A stretch of DNA of 31,078 nucleotides from Opitutales bacterium (GCA_049599475.1 JBMYOQ010000052.1:1-31078); one strand, 5' to 3'. Positions 1-7,658 are shown, counted from the stretch's first letter. Notes: a model not told the origin generated them from the letters alone. Numbers and translations: made by a program.

Positions 1-621
1 ATCCGCCAAAAGCTCGTCGAGAACGACCTCGTCGACTGCATGATTGCGCTTCCGGGGCAGTTGTTTTTTACGACACAGATTCCGGTTTGTATTTGGATTC
101 TTTCGAAGAACAAGACCGGCTCCGCGCAATCACCCTCACCCCAAACCCCTCTCCCAAAGGGTGAGGGACTTCGCGATCGGAGTCGTCAAACCCTGTTCAT
201 CGACGCCAGAAAATTGGGCTCGATGATTTCGCGCACCCAGAAGGAGCTTACTGCAGAAGATATTTCAAAAATCGCAGATACCTACCACTCATGGAAACAC
301 ACTTCTCCCACTGGGAGAAGTCGGGATGAGGGTTCGGAGAATAGCTCTTCTCCCACTGGGAGAAGCGGGGATGAGGGCCAGTCAAGCTATGAGAATATCC
401 CTGGATATTGTTATAGCGCAGCACTGGAAGACATCCGCAAGCACGACTACGTGCTAACTCCCGGGCGTTATGTCGGCGCGGCGGCCTTGGAGGATGATGG
501 CATTCCCTTCGAGACCAAGATGACCGAGCTAAGCCAGACGCTCTATGCGCAAATGGAGGAGTCGGCGAAGCTGGATGCCGTCATCCGCGACAACCTGAAA
601 GGACTCGGTTATGGCCAATAA
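1..621 (+). CDS. hsdM: Type I RM methyltransferase HsdM, C-terminal part (5' end outside window)
   Basis: The frame is open from base 1 ([34 protein letters not shown]...LFIDAR...[11 protein letters not shown]...LKGLGY). These are typical HsdM C-terminal motifs, and the gene lies upstream of hsdS and hsdR. Confidence 0.95.
   Translation: MRQKLVENDLVDCMIALPGQLFFTTQIPVCIWILSKNKTGSAQSPSPQTPLPKGEGLRDRSRQTLFIDARKLGSMISRTQKELTAEDISKIADTYHSWKHTSPTGRSRDEGSENSSSPTGRSGDEGQSSYENIPGYCYSAALEDIRKHDYVLTPGRYVGAAALEDDGIPFETKMTELSQTLYAQMEESAKLDAVIRDNLKGLGYGQ
133..167. repeat. REP-like hairpin element inserted in frame in hsdM
   Basis: CCCTCACCCCAAACCCCTCTCCCAAAGGGTGAGGG: CCCTCACCC (133-141) is the exact reverse complement of GGGTGAGGG (159-167). 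It is read as [12 protein letters not shown]. Confidence 0.7.
301..377. repeat. Two direct copies (45-bp period) of the hairpin element CTTCTCCC-ACT-GGGAGAAG..GGGATGAGGG, in frame in hsdM
   Basis: Copies at 302-332 and 347-377, each with a perfect 8-bp stem. They look like reverse-orientation relatives of the 133-167 element and encode SPTGRS.DEG twice. Confidence 0.8.
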
Positions 622-716
622 ATTCAGGCAAAAAGAAACCCCGGCTCCTGTTAATCGCGAAGGACTAAGGAAGAAGTGCTCGGGGCATCAGTAGAAAACT
701 TAGCTAGAAACTACCC

Positions 717-1559
717 ATGGCCAAGAAAAATCAGTCCATCAACGTCACCGACATCGCGGTCTCCGTCACACAACGAGACGGGCAGGACTACATTTGCCTG
801 ACCGATATGGCCAAGGGCAAAGGCGACAACGCCCGAGCGGCCGACATCATCAAGAACTGGCTCCGCACACGCACCGCCCTCGAATTCCTCGGCACATGGG
901 AGAAAATCTATAACCCGGATTTTAAAGTGGTCGAATTCGACCACTTTAAATCCGAGGCAGGCCTACCGTCCTTTGTTCTCAGCCCGACACAATGGGTCGA
1001 GCAGACCGCTGCTATCGGCATTTTCTCCAAGGCCGGGCGCTACGGTGGCACCTACGCCCATAAGGACATCGCATTCGAATTTGGCTCTGCCATCAGTGCA
1101 GAATTCAAGCTCTACCTCATTCGAGAATTCCAGCGGCTCAAAGACGACGAAAACGAGCGCCTCTCACTCTCGTGGAATCTCAACCGTACCCTTTCGAAGA
1201 TCAACTACCGCATCCACACCGATGCGATTAAAGACCAACTGATCCCGGCCCAAGTGTCCAAGGCACAAGCCGCCATCACTTACGCCAGTGAAGCCGACTT
1301 GCTCAATGTCGCCCTCTTCGGCCAAACCGCCAAGCAGTGGCGAGACGGGAACCCCAACCTCAAAGGCAACATTCGCGACCATGCCAGCATCGAGCAGCTC
1401 CTCGTGCTCGCAAATATCGAATCCATGAATGCTGAGCTGATTCATATGCAACTCAGTGCCTCCGAACGGCTGATCAAGCTCAACACAATAGCCATTCGTC
1501 AAATGCAATCGCTCACCACGAATGCGCAGCTCACGAAGCAACTACCAGACAATGTCTAA
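717..1559 (+). CDS. KilA-N domain DNA-binding protein
   Basis: Motifs DYICLTDMAK, IKNWLRTRTALEFLGTWE, GRYGGTYAHKDIAFEF and LSKINYRIHTDAIK match the KilA-N family often found in type I RM loci. Confidence 0.88.
   Translation: MAKKNQSINVTDIAVSVTQRDGQDYICLTDMAKGKGDNARAADIIKNWLRTRTALEFLGTWEKIYNPDFKVVEFDHFKSEAGLPSFVLSPTQWVEQTAAIGIFSKAGRYGGTYAHKDIAFEFGSAISAEFKLYLIREFQRLKDDENERLSLSWNLNRTLSKINYRIHTDAIKDQLIPAQVSKAQAAITYASEADLLNVALFGQTAKQWRDGNPNLKGNIRDHASIEQLLVLANIESMNAELIHMQLSASERLIKLNTIAIRQMQSLTTNAQLTKQLPDNV
921..950. repeat. Perfect 30-bp palindrome inside the KilA-N coding sequence
   Basis: TTTAAAGTGGTCGAATTCGACCACTTTAAA is its own reverse complement and extends to 916-954 with one bulged T. Both strands read VEFDHFK (see antisense ORF 711..944). 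Confidence 0.97.
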
Positions 1560-1577
1560 GCACGAAGCAATGAAACT

Positions 1578-1618
1578 TTCACAATTCACTCTTCACCACT
1601 CACTCTTCGCCGCAGGCG
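1578..1618. repeat. Degenerate 7-bp tandem tract followed by a GC mini-hairpin
   Basis: TTCACAA TTCACTC TTCACCA CTCACTC TTCGCCG, overlapping CGCC-GCA-GGCG (1608-1618). It sits directly before the hsdM 3' relic. Confidence 0.7.
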
Positions 1619-1622
1619 TAGT

Positions 1623-1704
1623 GCTCTACGCGCAAATGGAGGAGTCGGCGAAGCTGGATGAAGTGATTCGGAAAAACTTGGAGGGCTTGGGGTATGGGAG
1701 GTGA
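1623..1704 (+). pseudogene. Duplicated hsdM 3'-end relic ([26 protein letters not shown])
   Basis: 1623-1660 matches 540-577 at 37/38 nt, and peptide similarity continues to the stop. The relic overlaps the hsdS start. Confidence 0.9.
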
Positions 1705-3091
1705 GTGGAGAACAGCCCGATTTGAAGACCTCCTCTTGGAGCCGGTTAGGAACGGCATCTACAAGAAAAAGGAGTTCCATGGCAGAGGTGCCAAGATCGT
1801 CAACATGGGAGAACTCTTCCGCTATCCGCGTCTTTCTGACGTGGAAATGAAGCGAGTTGAACTCACCGAAAAAGAAGTTCCGACAGTTCTACTTCAGAGT
1901 GGAGATCTGCTGTTTGCCCGGCGGTCACTGACAGCAGAAGGAGCCGGCAAATGCTCGATAGTGCGAGAGGTAAACGAGGCCACCACGTTTGAGTCATCAA
2001 TCATTCGAGCGCGCCCCAATCCCGAATTGGCCGACTCTGATTTTCTCTACTACTTCTACTCATCCGAGATTGGATACAACCTTCTCGATTCCATCCGAAG
2101 GTCTGTAGCTGTTTCAGGAATCACCGGAGGAGATCTCAAGAATCTTGAGCTAACCATTCCACCCCTCCCCGAGCAAAAAGCGATCGCTCACATCTTGGGC
2201 ACCTTGGATGACAAGATTGAGTTGAATCGGCGGATGAATGCGACCCTTGAAGGGATGGCGCAGGCGCTCTTCAAAAGCTGGTTTGTGGACTTTGACCCGG
2301 TGATCGACAATGCCCTCGCCGCCGGCAATCCCATCCCCGACGAACTCACCCCCCGCGCCGAAGTCCGCAAGAAGGCCCTCGCCAACGGCACCACCCAACA
2401 GGGTTCAGTCGACCGCCCAACCCCGTCTGATCCCAAATCCCTCTTTCCTGCTGCGTTTGAATTCACCGAAGAGCTGGGCTGGATTCCAGAGGGATGGGAA
2501 GTAAACGAATTCGGGCATCTAGCGCAGAACGTTCGCGAGGGTGTCGATCCTACGACCCTGCCAGCACAAACCCCTTACGTCGGACTTGAGCATATCGATA
2601 AACAAGGCCTTTCCCTCTCACGTTGGGGCACCGCAGCTGAAGTCGATAGCCAGAAGTCACACTTCAAACCTGATGATTTCCTGTTTGGAAAGCTCCGGCC
2701 ATACTTCCACAAAGTCTGCCACGTTATTTCTGAAGGAATCTGCTCGACTGATATTCTGGTGATACGGCCACACCGAGAAGACGATGCCGGATATGTCGGT
2801 TGCCAAATCTTCGAACCGGAGTTCGTCGAATACGCTAACCTTCGCAGCACCGGCACTAGAATGCCTCGGGCAAGCTGGAAAGATATGGCCCAGTATGAAG
2901 TGGCCTGCCCCCCAGAAAACCTCCGCAAGGCATTCAACGATCTCATCAAGCCAACTCGCGAAAAGTGTGCAGGAGCCGTTATCGCCAATCAAAACCTTGG
3001 CAAACTCCGCGACACCCTCCTCCCGGAACTCATCTCCGGCGACCTCCGCCTTTCCGACGCAAACGAACTAATTGAGGAGGTGGCCGGATGA
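1694..3091 (+). CDS. hsdS: Type I RM specificity subunit HsdS
   Basis: Two TRDs with conserved spacers PPLPEQKAIAHILGTLDDKIELNRRMNATLEGMAQALFKSWFVDF and ELGWIPEGWEV, and C-terminal LRDTLLPELISGDL. Confidence 0.97.
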   Translation: MGGEWRTARFEDLLLEPVRNGIYKKKEFHGRGAKIVNMGELFRYPRLSDVEMKRVELTEKEVPTVLLQSGDLLFARRSLTAEGAGKCSIVREVNEATTFESSIIRARPNPELADSDFLYYFYSSEIGYNLLDSIRRSVAVSGITGGDLKNLELTIPPLPEQKAIAHILGTLDDKIELNRRMNATLEGMAQALFKSWFVDFDPVIDNALAAGNPIPDELTPRAEVRKKALANGTTQQGSVDRPTPSDPKSLFPAAFEFTEELGWIPEGWEVNEFGHLAQNVREGVDPTTLPAQTPYVGLEHIDKQGLSLSRWGTAAEVDSQKSHFKPDDFLFGKLRPYFHKVCHVISEGICSTDILVIRPHREDDAGYVGCQIFEPEFVEYANLRSTGTRMPRASWKDMAQYEVACPPENLRKAFNDLIKPTREKCAGAVIANQNLGKLRDTLLPELISGDLRLSDANELIEEVAG

Positions 3092-4659
3092 GTCCCACCT
3101 TGAGCTTTTCTGCGATTCTTCGCCAAACGACCGGACGCGACTTGAGCGCAGACGGAGTCTTTGAAGGGCTCACCGACTTCGGCCTGTTCGCTGAGAAGAT
3201 GCCGCCGTGCTTCACCTCGGAAGGCCTTTCAGCTCACGTCAATGCAGCACTGGCAAAGATCGAAACGGAATCTGACTCGAACGAACTCAAAAAGCACTTT
3301 GGGAAAGTCATCCATTCACAGATTCGATACCAGTCTCTTAGAGACATCAATATTCCTCGCCATTTAGCGATACCCCACCCGGAAAGTTACTTAGCGCACT
3401 GCCTTGCGATTAAACGGTGCTGGCAGAAGATCAAAACCCATTGCGCCAAGCCTTCAAAGCCGATCAGCCGCATCTTCGTTCGACAGACAAGTGAAAACCG
3501 CGTCTTCAAGATGAATTACAAAGGCTTGGAACGCTTCGAGGTGGAGGAAGATGAAATCGGCTATCAAACCGGCGCAACCCACTTGGTGAAGGCTGATATT
3601 TCCAAGTGCTTTCCCAGTATCTACACCCATTCAATTCCCTGGGCGATTCATGGGAAAGCCAATGCGAAGAAGAATCGCAACCTCCTCCTGGAGGGAAATC
3701 TACTCGATAGGTCGTGTCAGATTCTCTCTGACAATCAAACCAATGGCTTGGCGATCGGGCCTCATTCTTCAAACGTGATTTCTGAGATCATCCTCACGAG
3801 GATTGACGAGACTCTGCTAAAAAAGGGCTATACACGCCTCACTCGCCACATCGACGATTACTCGTTTTACGCAACGAGCCACCAGGAGGCAGAAACGTTT
3901 GTCCGAGACCTGAATTTGGCGCTCCGCGAATACGAGCTCTACATTAACGAAAAGAAAACGCAGATCGTTGAACTTCCCCAGCCGGCATCTGCCAGCTGGG
4001 TGAGCGAGCTCAATCGATTTACGTTCCCCGACGGGGAAATTCGCTTTTCGTCTGTTCGCTCGTTCTTGGATCTGGCCCTCGAATTGAGCAGGCAACATGG
4101 CACCTCGGCTGTCTTGAACTATGCAATCAAGATGGTTCCAAATCGCCTAAATAATCGAGCAAAGCGCCTGTTCACTGCTGAGGCCACCAACCTCTGTCTC
4201 GCCTATCCGTATCTCGCGCCCATCATGGAAGAGACCGTGTTCGTGAAGCATCGAAACTCCGAAACTGATGATCAGATCGAAGTTCTTGGCAATGAGCTGA
4301 TCAAAATTGGGATTGATAAGATTCACCCAGACTCGATCGCCCACGCCCTCCACTTCGCAATCGAACACGACTTTCAAATCGACCTCACCGAAGACGAGCT
4401 CAAGGAAATCATCCAGATAGACGACTGTCTGAGTAATGTTCTTCTCTGGGAATACGCCGGCCTGAAGAGTCTTACCAAAGTAAAGAAGTGGCTCCGAACA
4501 AGAGCGAACAACCTAAAGGGCCAAGAGAAACCAGATCAGGATGCTCAGTGGCTCTTGATCTACACGATCTGGACTGACGGGGACTTGCGCGGAAGCGGCC
4601 AAGCTTTTCTAGCTGACCTCAAAAAGAACAACTTCGAGTTCACAAAATTCTCATCATGA
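3088..4659 (+). CDS. Reverse transcriptase, defence-associated (DRT4/UG15-like), 523 aa
   Basis: RT motifs ADISKCFPSIYTHSIPWA, GLAIGPHSSNVISEIIL, RHIDDY (catalytic DD) and INEKKT, plus a helical C-terminal extension. N-terminal EKMPPC, PRHLAIPHP and MNY motifs resemble DRT4 as I recall it. The RT call is strong; the subtype is less certain. Confidence 0.85.
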   Translation: MSPTLSFSAILRQTTGRDLSADGVFEGLTDFGLFAEKMPPCFTSEGLSAHVNAALAKIETESDSNELKKHFGKVIHSQIRYQSLRDINIPRHLAIPHPESYLAHCLAIKRCWQKIKTHCAKPSKPISRIFVRQTSENRVFKMNYKGLERFEVEEDEIGYQTGATHLVKADISKCFPSIYTHSIPWAIHGKANAKKNRNLLLEGNLLDRSCQILSDNQTNGLAIGPHSSNVISEIILTRIDETLLKKGYTRLTRHIDDYSFYATSHQEAETFVRDLNLALREYELYINEKKTQIVELPQPASASWVSELNRFTFPDGEIRFSSVRSFLDLALELSRQHGTSAVLNYAIKMVPNRLNNRAKRLFTAEATNLCLAYPYLAPIMEETVFVKHRNSETDDQIEVLGNELIKIGIDKIHPDSIAHALHFAIEHDFQIDLTEDELKEIIQIDDCLSNVLLWEYAGLKSLTKVKKWLRTRANNLKGQEKPDQDAQWLLIYTIWTDGDLRGSGQAFLADLKKNNFEFTKFSS

Positions 4660-4860
4660 AATTCACCGAAGCCCAACTCGAATCAGCCTGCGCCCTTGGG
4701 CGAATGATAAATGCTAAGTTATGAGTGCTGAATAAAAAACTCCTGACTTAAACCATAGATTTCCAATGAAACCCAGCTCCAAAGAATCCCAAAATACCGA
4801 ATGGAAAGTGTCATGGCATGACGACTACCTGAAGTGGATTTGTGGTTTCGCGAATGCGGA
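4656..4860 (+). repeat. 205-bp direct repeat, copy A (hsdR start relic MKFTEAQLESA + hairpin + heptamer tract + AlbA gene start)
   Basis: Aligns with 6199-6403; by eye there are 7 substitutions and 2 single-base indels. Confidence 0.95.
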
Positions 4861-4900
4861 TAGCGAACCCGAGGGGGTTCGAGTGATAATTTATGAGTAA
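4766..4900 (+). pseudogene. Truncated copy of the AlbA_2 gene 5' end (44-aa mini-ORF)
   Basis: MKPSSKESQNTEWKVSWHDDYLKWICGFANA matches the N-terminus of 6309..7658, then diverges at the hairpin CGAACCC-GAGG-GGGTTCG (4864-4881). Its stop overlaps the ATG at 4893. Confidence 0.85.
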
Positions 4901-5381
4901 GTTCACCGAAGCAAAGTTAGAGGAGGCAATCATCAGTCTGCTCGGAGAACAGGGATTTCATCACAGGTTCGGTGAGAGCATAACACGGGCTGCGGATTCG
5001 GAGGTATTGATCAAAGAGGACCTGCGCACATTCCTTTCGAGGCAGTATGCTGCAGATGGTATTACCGAGTATGAAATCGAAGCGGTTATCAATCAGCTCG
5101 AAGCCTATTCCGCAGCCGATCTCTACGAAAGCAACAAGGCGATTATGCAATTGGTCGCGGACGGCTTTCTCCTGAAGCGCGAAGACCACACCCAGAAGGA
5201 TCTCTACATCCAGCTGATCGACTACTCCGGGCTGGTCGCCTTTCGCGAGCCGACGCCCGACCAAGTCGGTTTCTATCGCCATCGTGCGATTGTTCCTGCT
5301 ATGTTCCCGAAATCTGTTTCGGAAACATATATCAACCGCCAAGGCATCAATGACTTAGAGGGAGGATTAATCAGCAGATGA
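4893..5381 (+). pseudogene. Truncated hsdR 5' duplicate (about 120 codons) with an unrelated tail
   Basis: 4893-~5252 is near-identical to 7651-~8010 (KFTEAKLEEAIISLLG...QLIDYS.LVAFREP). It lacks the PD-ExK and helicase motifs. Confidence 0.9.
5300..5329. repeat. Hairpin/palindrome upstream of DUF3800
   Basis: TATGTTCCCGAAA-TCTG-TTTCGGAAACATA, with 12 of 13 stem positions paired. Confidence 0.75.
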
Positions 5382-6139
5382 AGGTTTTGTTTCTAGACGA
5401 GAGCGGTGATCATAACCTTACGGTTATTGATCCGCAGTATCCCCTCTTTGTCCTAGGTGGAGTTGTCATGGACTTAGACTACGCGAAAGGAGCTGCCACC
5501 GAGATGGTGAATGCCTTTAAGCGAGACTTGTTTGGCACCGAGGCCATCCACCTTCACACCGCAGACATCACCCGAAACCGCAACGGCTTTGAACGACTCA
5601 AAGAACCAGCCTTCAGAAAAACCTTTTACGAGCAGCTGAATGTATTAATGAAGGCGTTGGAATACGAAGTCATCGCCTGTGTGATTAAAAAGGAAGCACA
5701 CCTCCAGCGATATGGAATGGCAGCGGTTGATCCCTACATGCTGAGTCTCGATATTTTGGTCGAACGCTTTGGCATGATGATCGGCGACAAAGAAGGCGGA
5801 GGTATAATCATCGCAGAGAAGCGAGGCCCCACTCTGGATCGCCAATTGGAGATCGCTTGGTTAAATCTTAAAGTGCAAGGCACCCGCTTTATGCAAGCGG
5901 CCCAGATCGAGCGTCGTATTCAGTCCCTCATTCTTAGAGATAAAAAAGCGAATATCGCTGGAATACAGTTAGCCGACTTGGTCGTCACCCCCATCGGGCG
6001 TAAAGTTCTCAACAAGCGAATCAAAGAGGATTATCGCATCGTTGAATCTAAAATGCGCCGTAGTCCGAGCGGACGCATTGATGGGTATGGACTCGTTGTA
6101 TTGCCCAAAGAAAAAAGGCCAACCCCCGCTACGCAGTGA
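5378..6139 (+). CDS. DUF3800 family protein (predicted RNase H-like fold)
   Basis: N-terminal LFLDESGDH, central LHTADI and C-terminal AGIQLADLV motifs. There is a GGAGG RBS upstream and an ATGA overlap with the hsdR relic. Confidence 0.85.
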   Translation: MKVLFLDESGDHNLTVIDPQYPLFVLGGVVMDLDYAKGAATEMVNAFKRDLFGTEAIHLHTADITRNRNGFERLKEPAFRKTFYEQLNVLMKALEYEVIACVIKKEAHLQRYGMAAVDPYMLSLDILVERFGMMIGDKEGGGIIIAEKRGPTLDRQLEIAWLNLKVQGTRFMQAAQIERRIQSLILRDKKANIAGIQLADLVVTPIGRKVLNKRIKEDYRIVESKMRRSPSGRIDGYGLVVLPKEKRPTPATQ

Positions 6140-6148
6140 TCAACCTAT
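6107..6148 (-). ncRNA. Candidate tiny antisense structured RNA (DUF3800-associated motif type)
   Basis: Minus strand AGGUUGAUCACUGC-GUA-GCGGGGGUUGGCCU followed by UUUUUCUUU. It pairs at 13 of 14 positions, with five G-U wobbles that fail on the plus strand. A weak upstream promoter TTGATA-N17-GATGTT lies at 6183-6155. Confidence 0.5.
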
Positions 6149-6198
6149 GCTCCTAACATCGACCAAAACCTCCTCTTTATCAAGCTAAATCCTTTGAT

Positions 6199-6403
6199 AT
6201 GAAATTCACCGAAGCCCAACTCGAATCCGCCTGCGCCCTTGGGGCGAATGATAAGTGCTAAGTTATGAGTGCTGAATAAAAACTCCTGACTAAGACGATA
6301 GATTTCCAATGAAACCCAACTCCAAAGAATCCCAAAACACCGAATGGAAAGTGTCATGGCATGACGACTACCTGAAGTGGATTTGTGGTTTCGCGAATGC
6401 GGA
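6199..6403 (+). repeat. 205-bp direct repeat, copy B
   Basis: Matches 4656-4860 and runs into the intact AlbA_2 gene. Confidence 0.95.
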
Positions 6404-7658
6404 GGGCGGACGGCTGTTTATTGGGAAAAATGATTCAGGGAAGATTGTCGGTTTAAAGGGTGCGGAGAAGCTGCTTGAGGATTTGCCGAATAAGATTCGG
6501 GACAAGCTGGGCTTGATGCCCGCTATCGAGCTCCACGAAGAAGCGGGCAAAGCCAGCATCGAAATAATCGTAGAGCCTTCGAGTGTGCCGATCTCTTTGC
6601 GTGGGGCCTATTATTGGCGGTCGGGCAGCGTGAAGCAGGAGCTCACCGGCACGGCACTCAATGATTTCCTTTTGAAGAAAATGGGGCTGACTTGGGATCG
6701 CGTCATCGAGCCTAATGCCACGCTGGATGATATAGATCCTGTTGCCATTGAGGGCTTTAAAACTGATGCGACTAAGGCGGGGCGGTTGCCTGATTTGTCG
6801 GACTTGTCCGTGGAAGAGATTCTCAAAAAACTGCGCCTGACGACCCGTGATGGGATCACCCGGGCGGCCCTCGTTCTGTTCGGCAAGGACCCGGGCGAGT
6901 TTTATCCCAATCTCTTTGTGAAGATAGGCCGCTTTGGGCAGAGCGAGACGGATCTGCGTTTCCAGGAAGTCGTGGAAGGCAGCCTTATTACGATGCTGCC
7001 GGAAATCATCGAGCAGCTGGAGAAGAAGTTTCTCACTAAGCCGGTGCGCTTTGAGGGTATCCAGCGCATCGAAGAGCTGGAGTATCCCGTGGAAGCCCTG
7101 CGGGAGATGCTGCTCAATGCCTTGGTCCATCGTAACTACCTCGGCAGCATGACGCAGATGAAGGTCTATGACGCACGCCTGACCCTTTGGAATGCCGGGA
7201 CCTTGCCCGACGAGCTGAGCATCGAACAACTATTCCAACCCCACGAATCGATCCCCCGCAATCCCCTGATTGCCGAAGTGTGCTATCGCGCAGGATACAT
7301 TGACTCCTGGGGCCGAGGCGTCGAGAAAATCGGCGAAGCCTGCGAAGCCGCCCGCCTGCCGGCGCCAGTCTTTATCGAGCGCTCTGGCGGTGTGTTGGTG
7401 GAACTTTTCCGGACCGGTTCGGAGAAGAGTGAGGTGAAAAATGAGGTGAAAAATGAGGTGAAAAGTAAGGTGAAAACTCCCGACCTGCTCATGCAATTTT
7501 TAAAGGTCAATCCAACTGCTACACTTCAAGATGCAGCTGGTGAACTCGGAAAGTCCATCAGTTCCATGGAAAAGGTATCCGCCCAGCTAAGAAAAGAGGG
7601 TAAGTTGCGTTATGTAGGCCCCCAGAAGGGCGGTCACTGGGAGGTAATCGATGCGTAA
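6309..7658 (+). CDS. AlbA_2/Schlafen-domain protein with a RecG-C-like (HATPase_c_4) domain and C-terminal wHTH
   Basis: ESQNTEWK...ICGFANAEGGRLFIGKNDSG (AlbA_2), YPVEALREMLLNALVHRNY and PRNPLIA...IDSWGRG (HATPase_c_4), and G.LRYVGPQKGGHWEV (wHTH end). Confidence 0.9.
   Translation: MKPNSKESQNTEWKVSWHDDYLKWICGFANAEGGRLFIGKNDSGKIVGLKGAEKLLEDLPNKIRDKLGLMPAIELHEEAGKASIEIIVEPSSVPISLRGAYYWRSGSVKQELTGTALNDFLLKKMGLTWDRVIEPNATLDDIDPVAIEGFKTDATKAGRLPDLSDLSVEEILKKLRLTTRDGITRAALVLFGKDPGEFYPNLFVKIGRFGQSETDLRFQEVVEGSLITMLPEIIEQLEKKFLTKPVRFEGIQRIEELEYPVEALREMLLNALVHRNYLGSMTQMKVYDARLTLWNAGTLPDELSIEQLFQPHESIPRNPLIAEVCYRAGYIDSWGRGVEKIGEACEAARLPAPVFIERSGGVLVELFRTGSEKSEVKNEVKNEVKSKVKTPDLLMQFLKVNPTATLQDAAGELGKSISSMEKVSAQLRKEGKLRYVGPQKGGHWEVIDA
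7431..7478 (+). repeat. 12-bp in-frame tandem repeat x4 in the interdomain linker
   Basis: GAGGTGAAAAAT GAGGTGAAAAAT GAGGTGAAAAGT AAGGTGAAAACT, read as EVKN EVKN EVKS KVKT. Confidence 0.9.

Noticed and set aside
611..694. 27-aa mini-ORF overlapping the hsdM stop
   Set aside because: No recognisable similarity. It might be a relic of earlier cargo, but this cannot be supported.
1522..1704. 60-aa ORF as a real gene
   Set aside because: It is a chimera of the KilA-N end, the heptamer tract and the hsdM tail relic, and is annotated as a relic instead.
2462..2471. TTCACCGAAG in hsdS matching the core of the four hsdR starts
   Set aside because: Only about 10 bp and explained by shared FTE codons.
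3000..3090. Retron msr/msd ncRNA upstream of the RT
   Set aside because: The RT start overlaps the hsdS stop, so there is no intergenic space. I saw no a1/a2 inverted repeats and no retron VTG motif after the catalytic DD.
4656..6403. CRISPR array or integron attC cassettes
   Set aside because: The repeats are long gene fragments without regular spacers. There is no cas gene, integrase or clear attC box structure.
6453..7229. Long antisense or alternate-frame ORFs (also 7558..8094, 8500..9012, 28630..29223, 28819..29538)
   Set aside because: They are shadows of well-supported genes and have no recognisable motifs.
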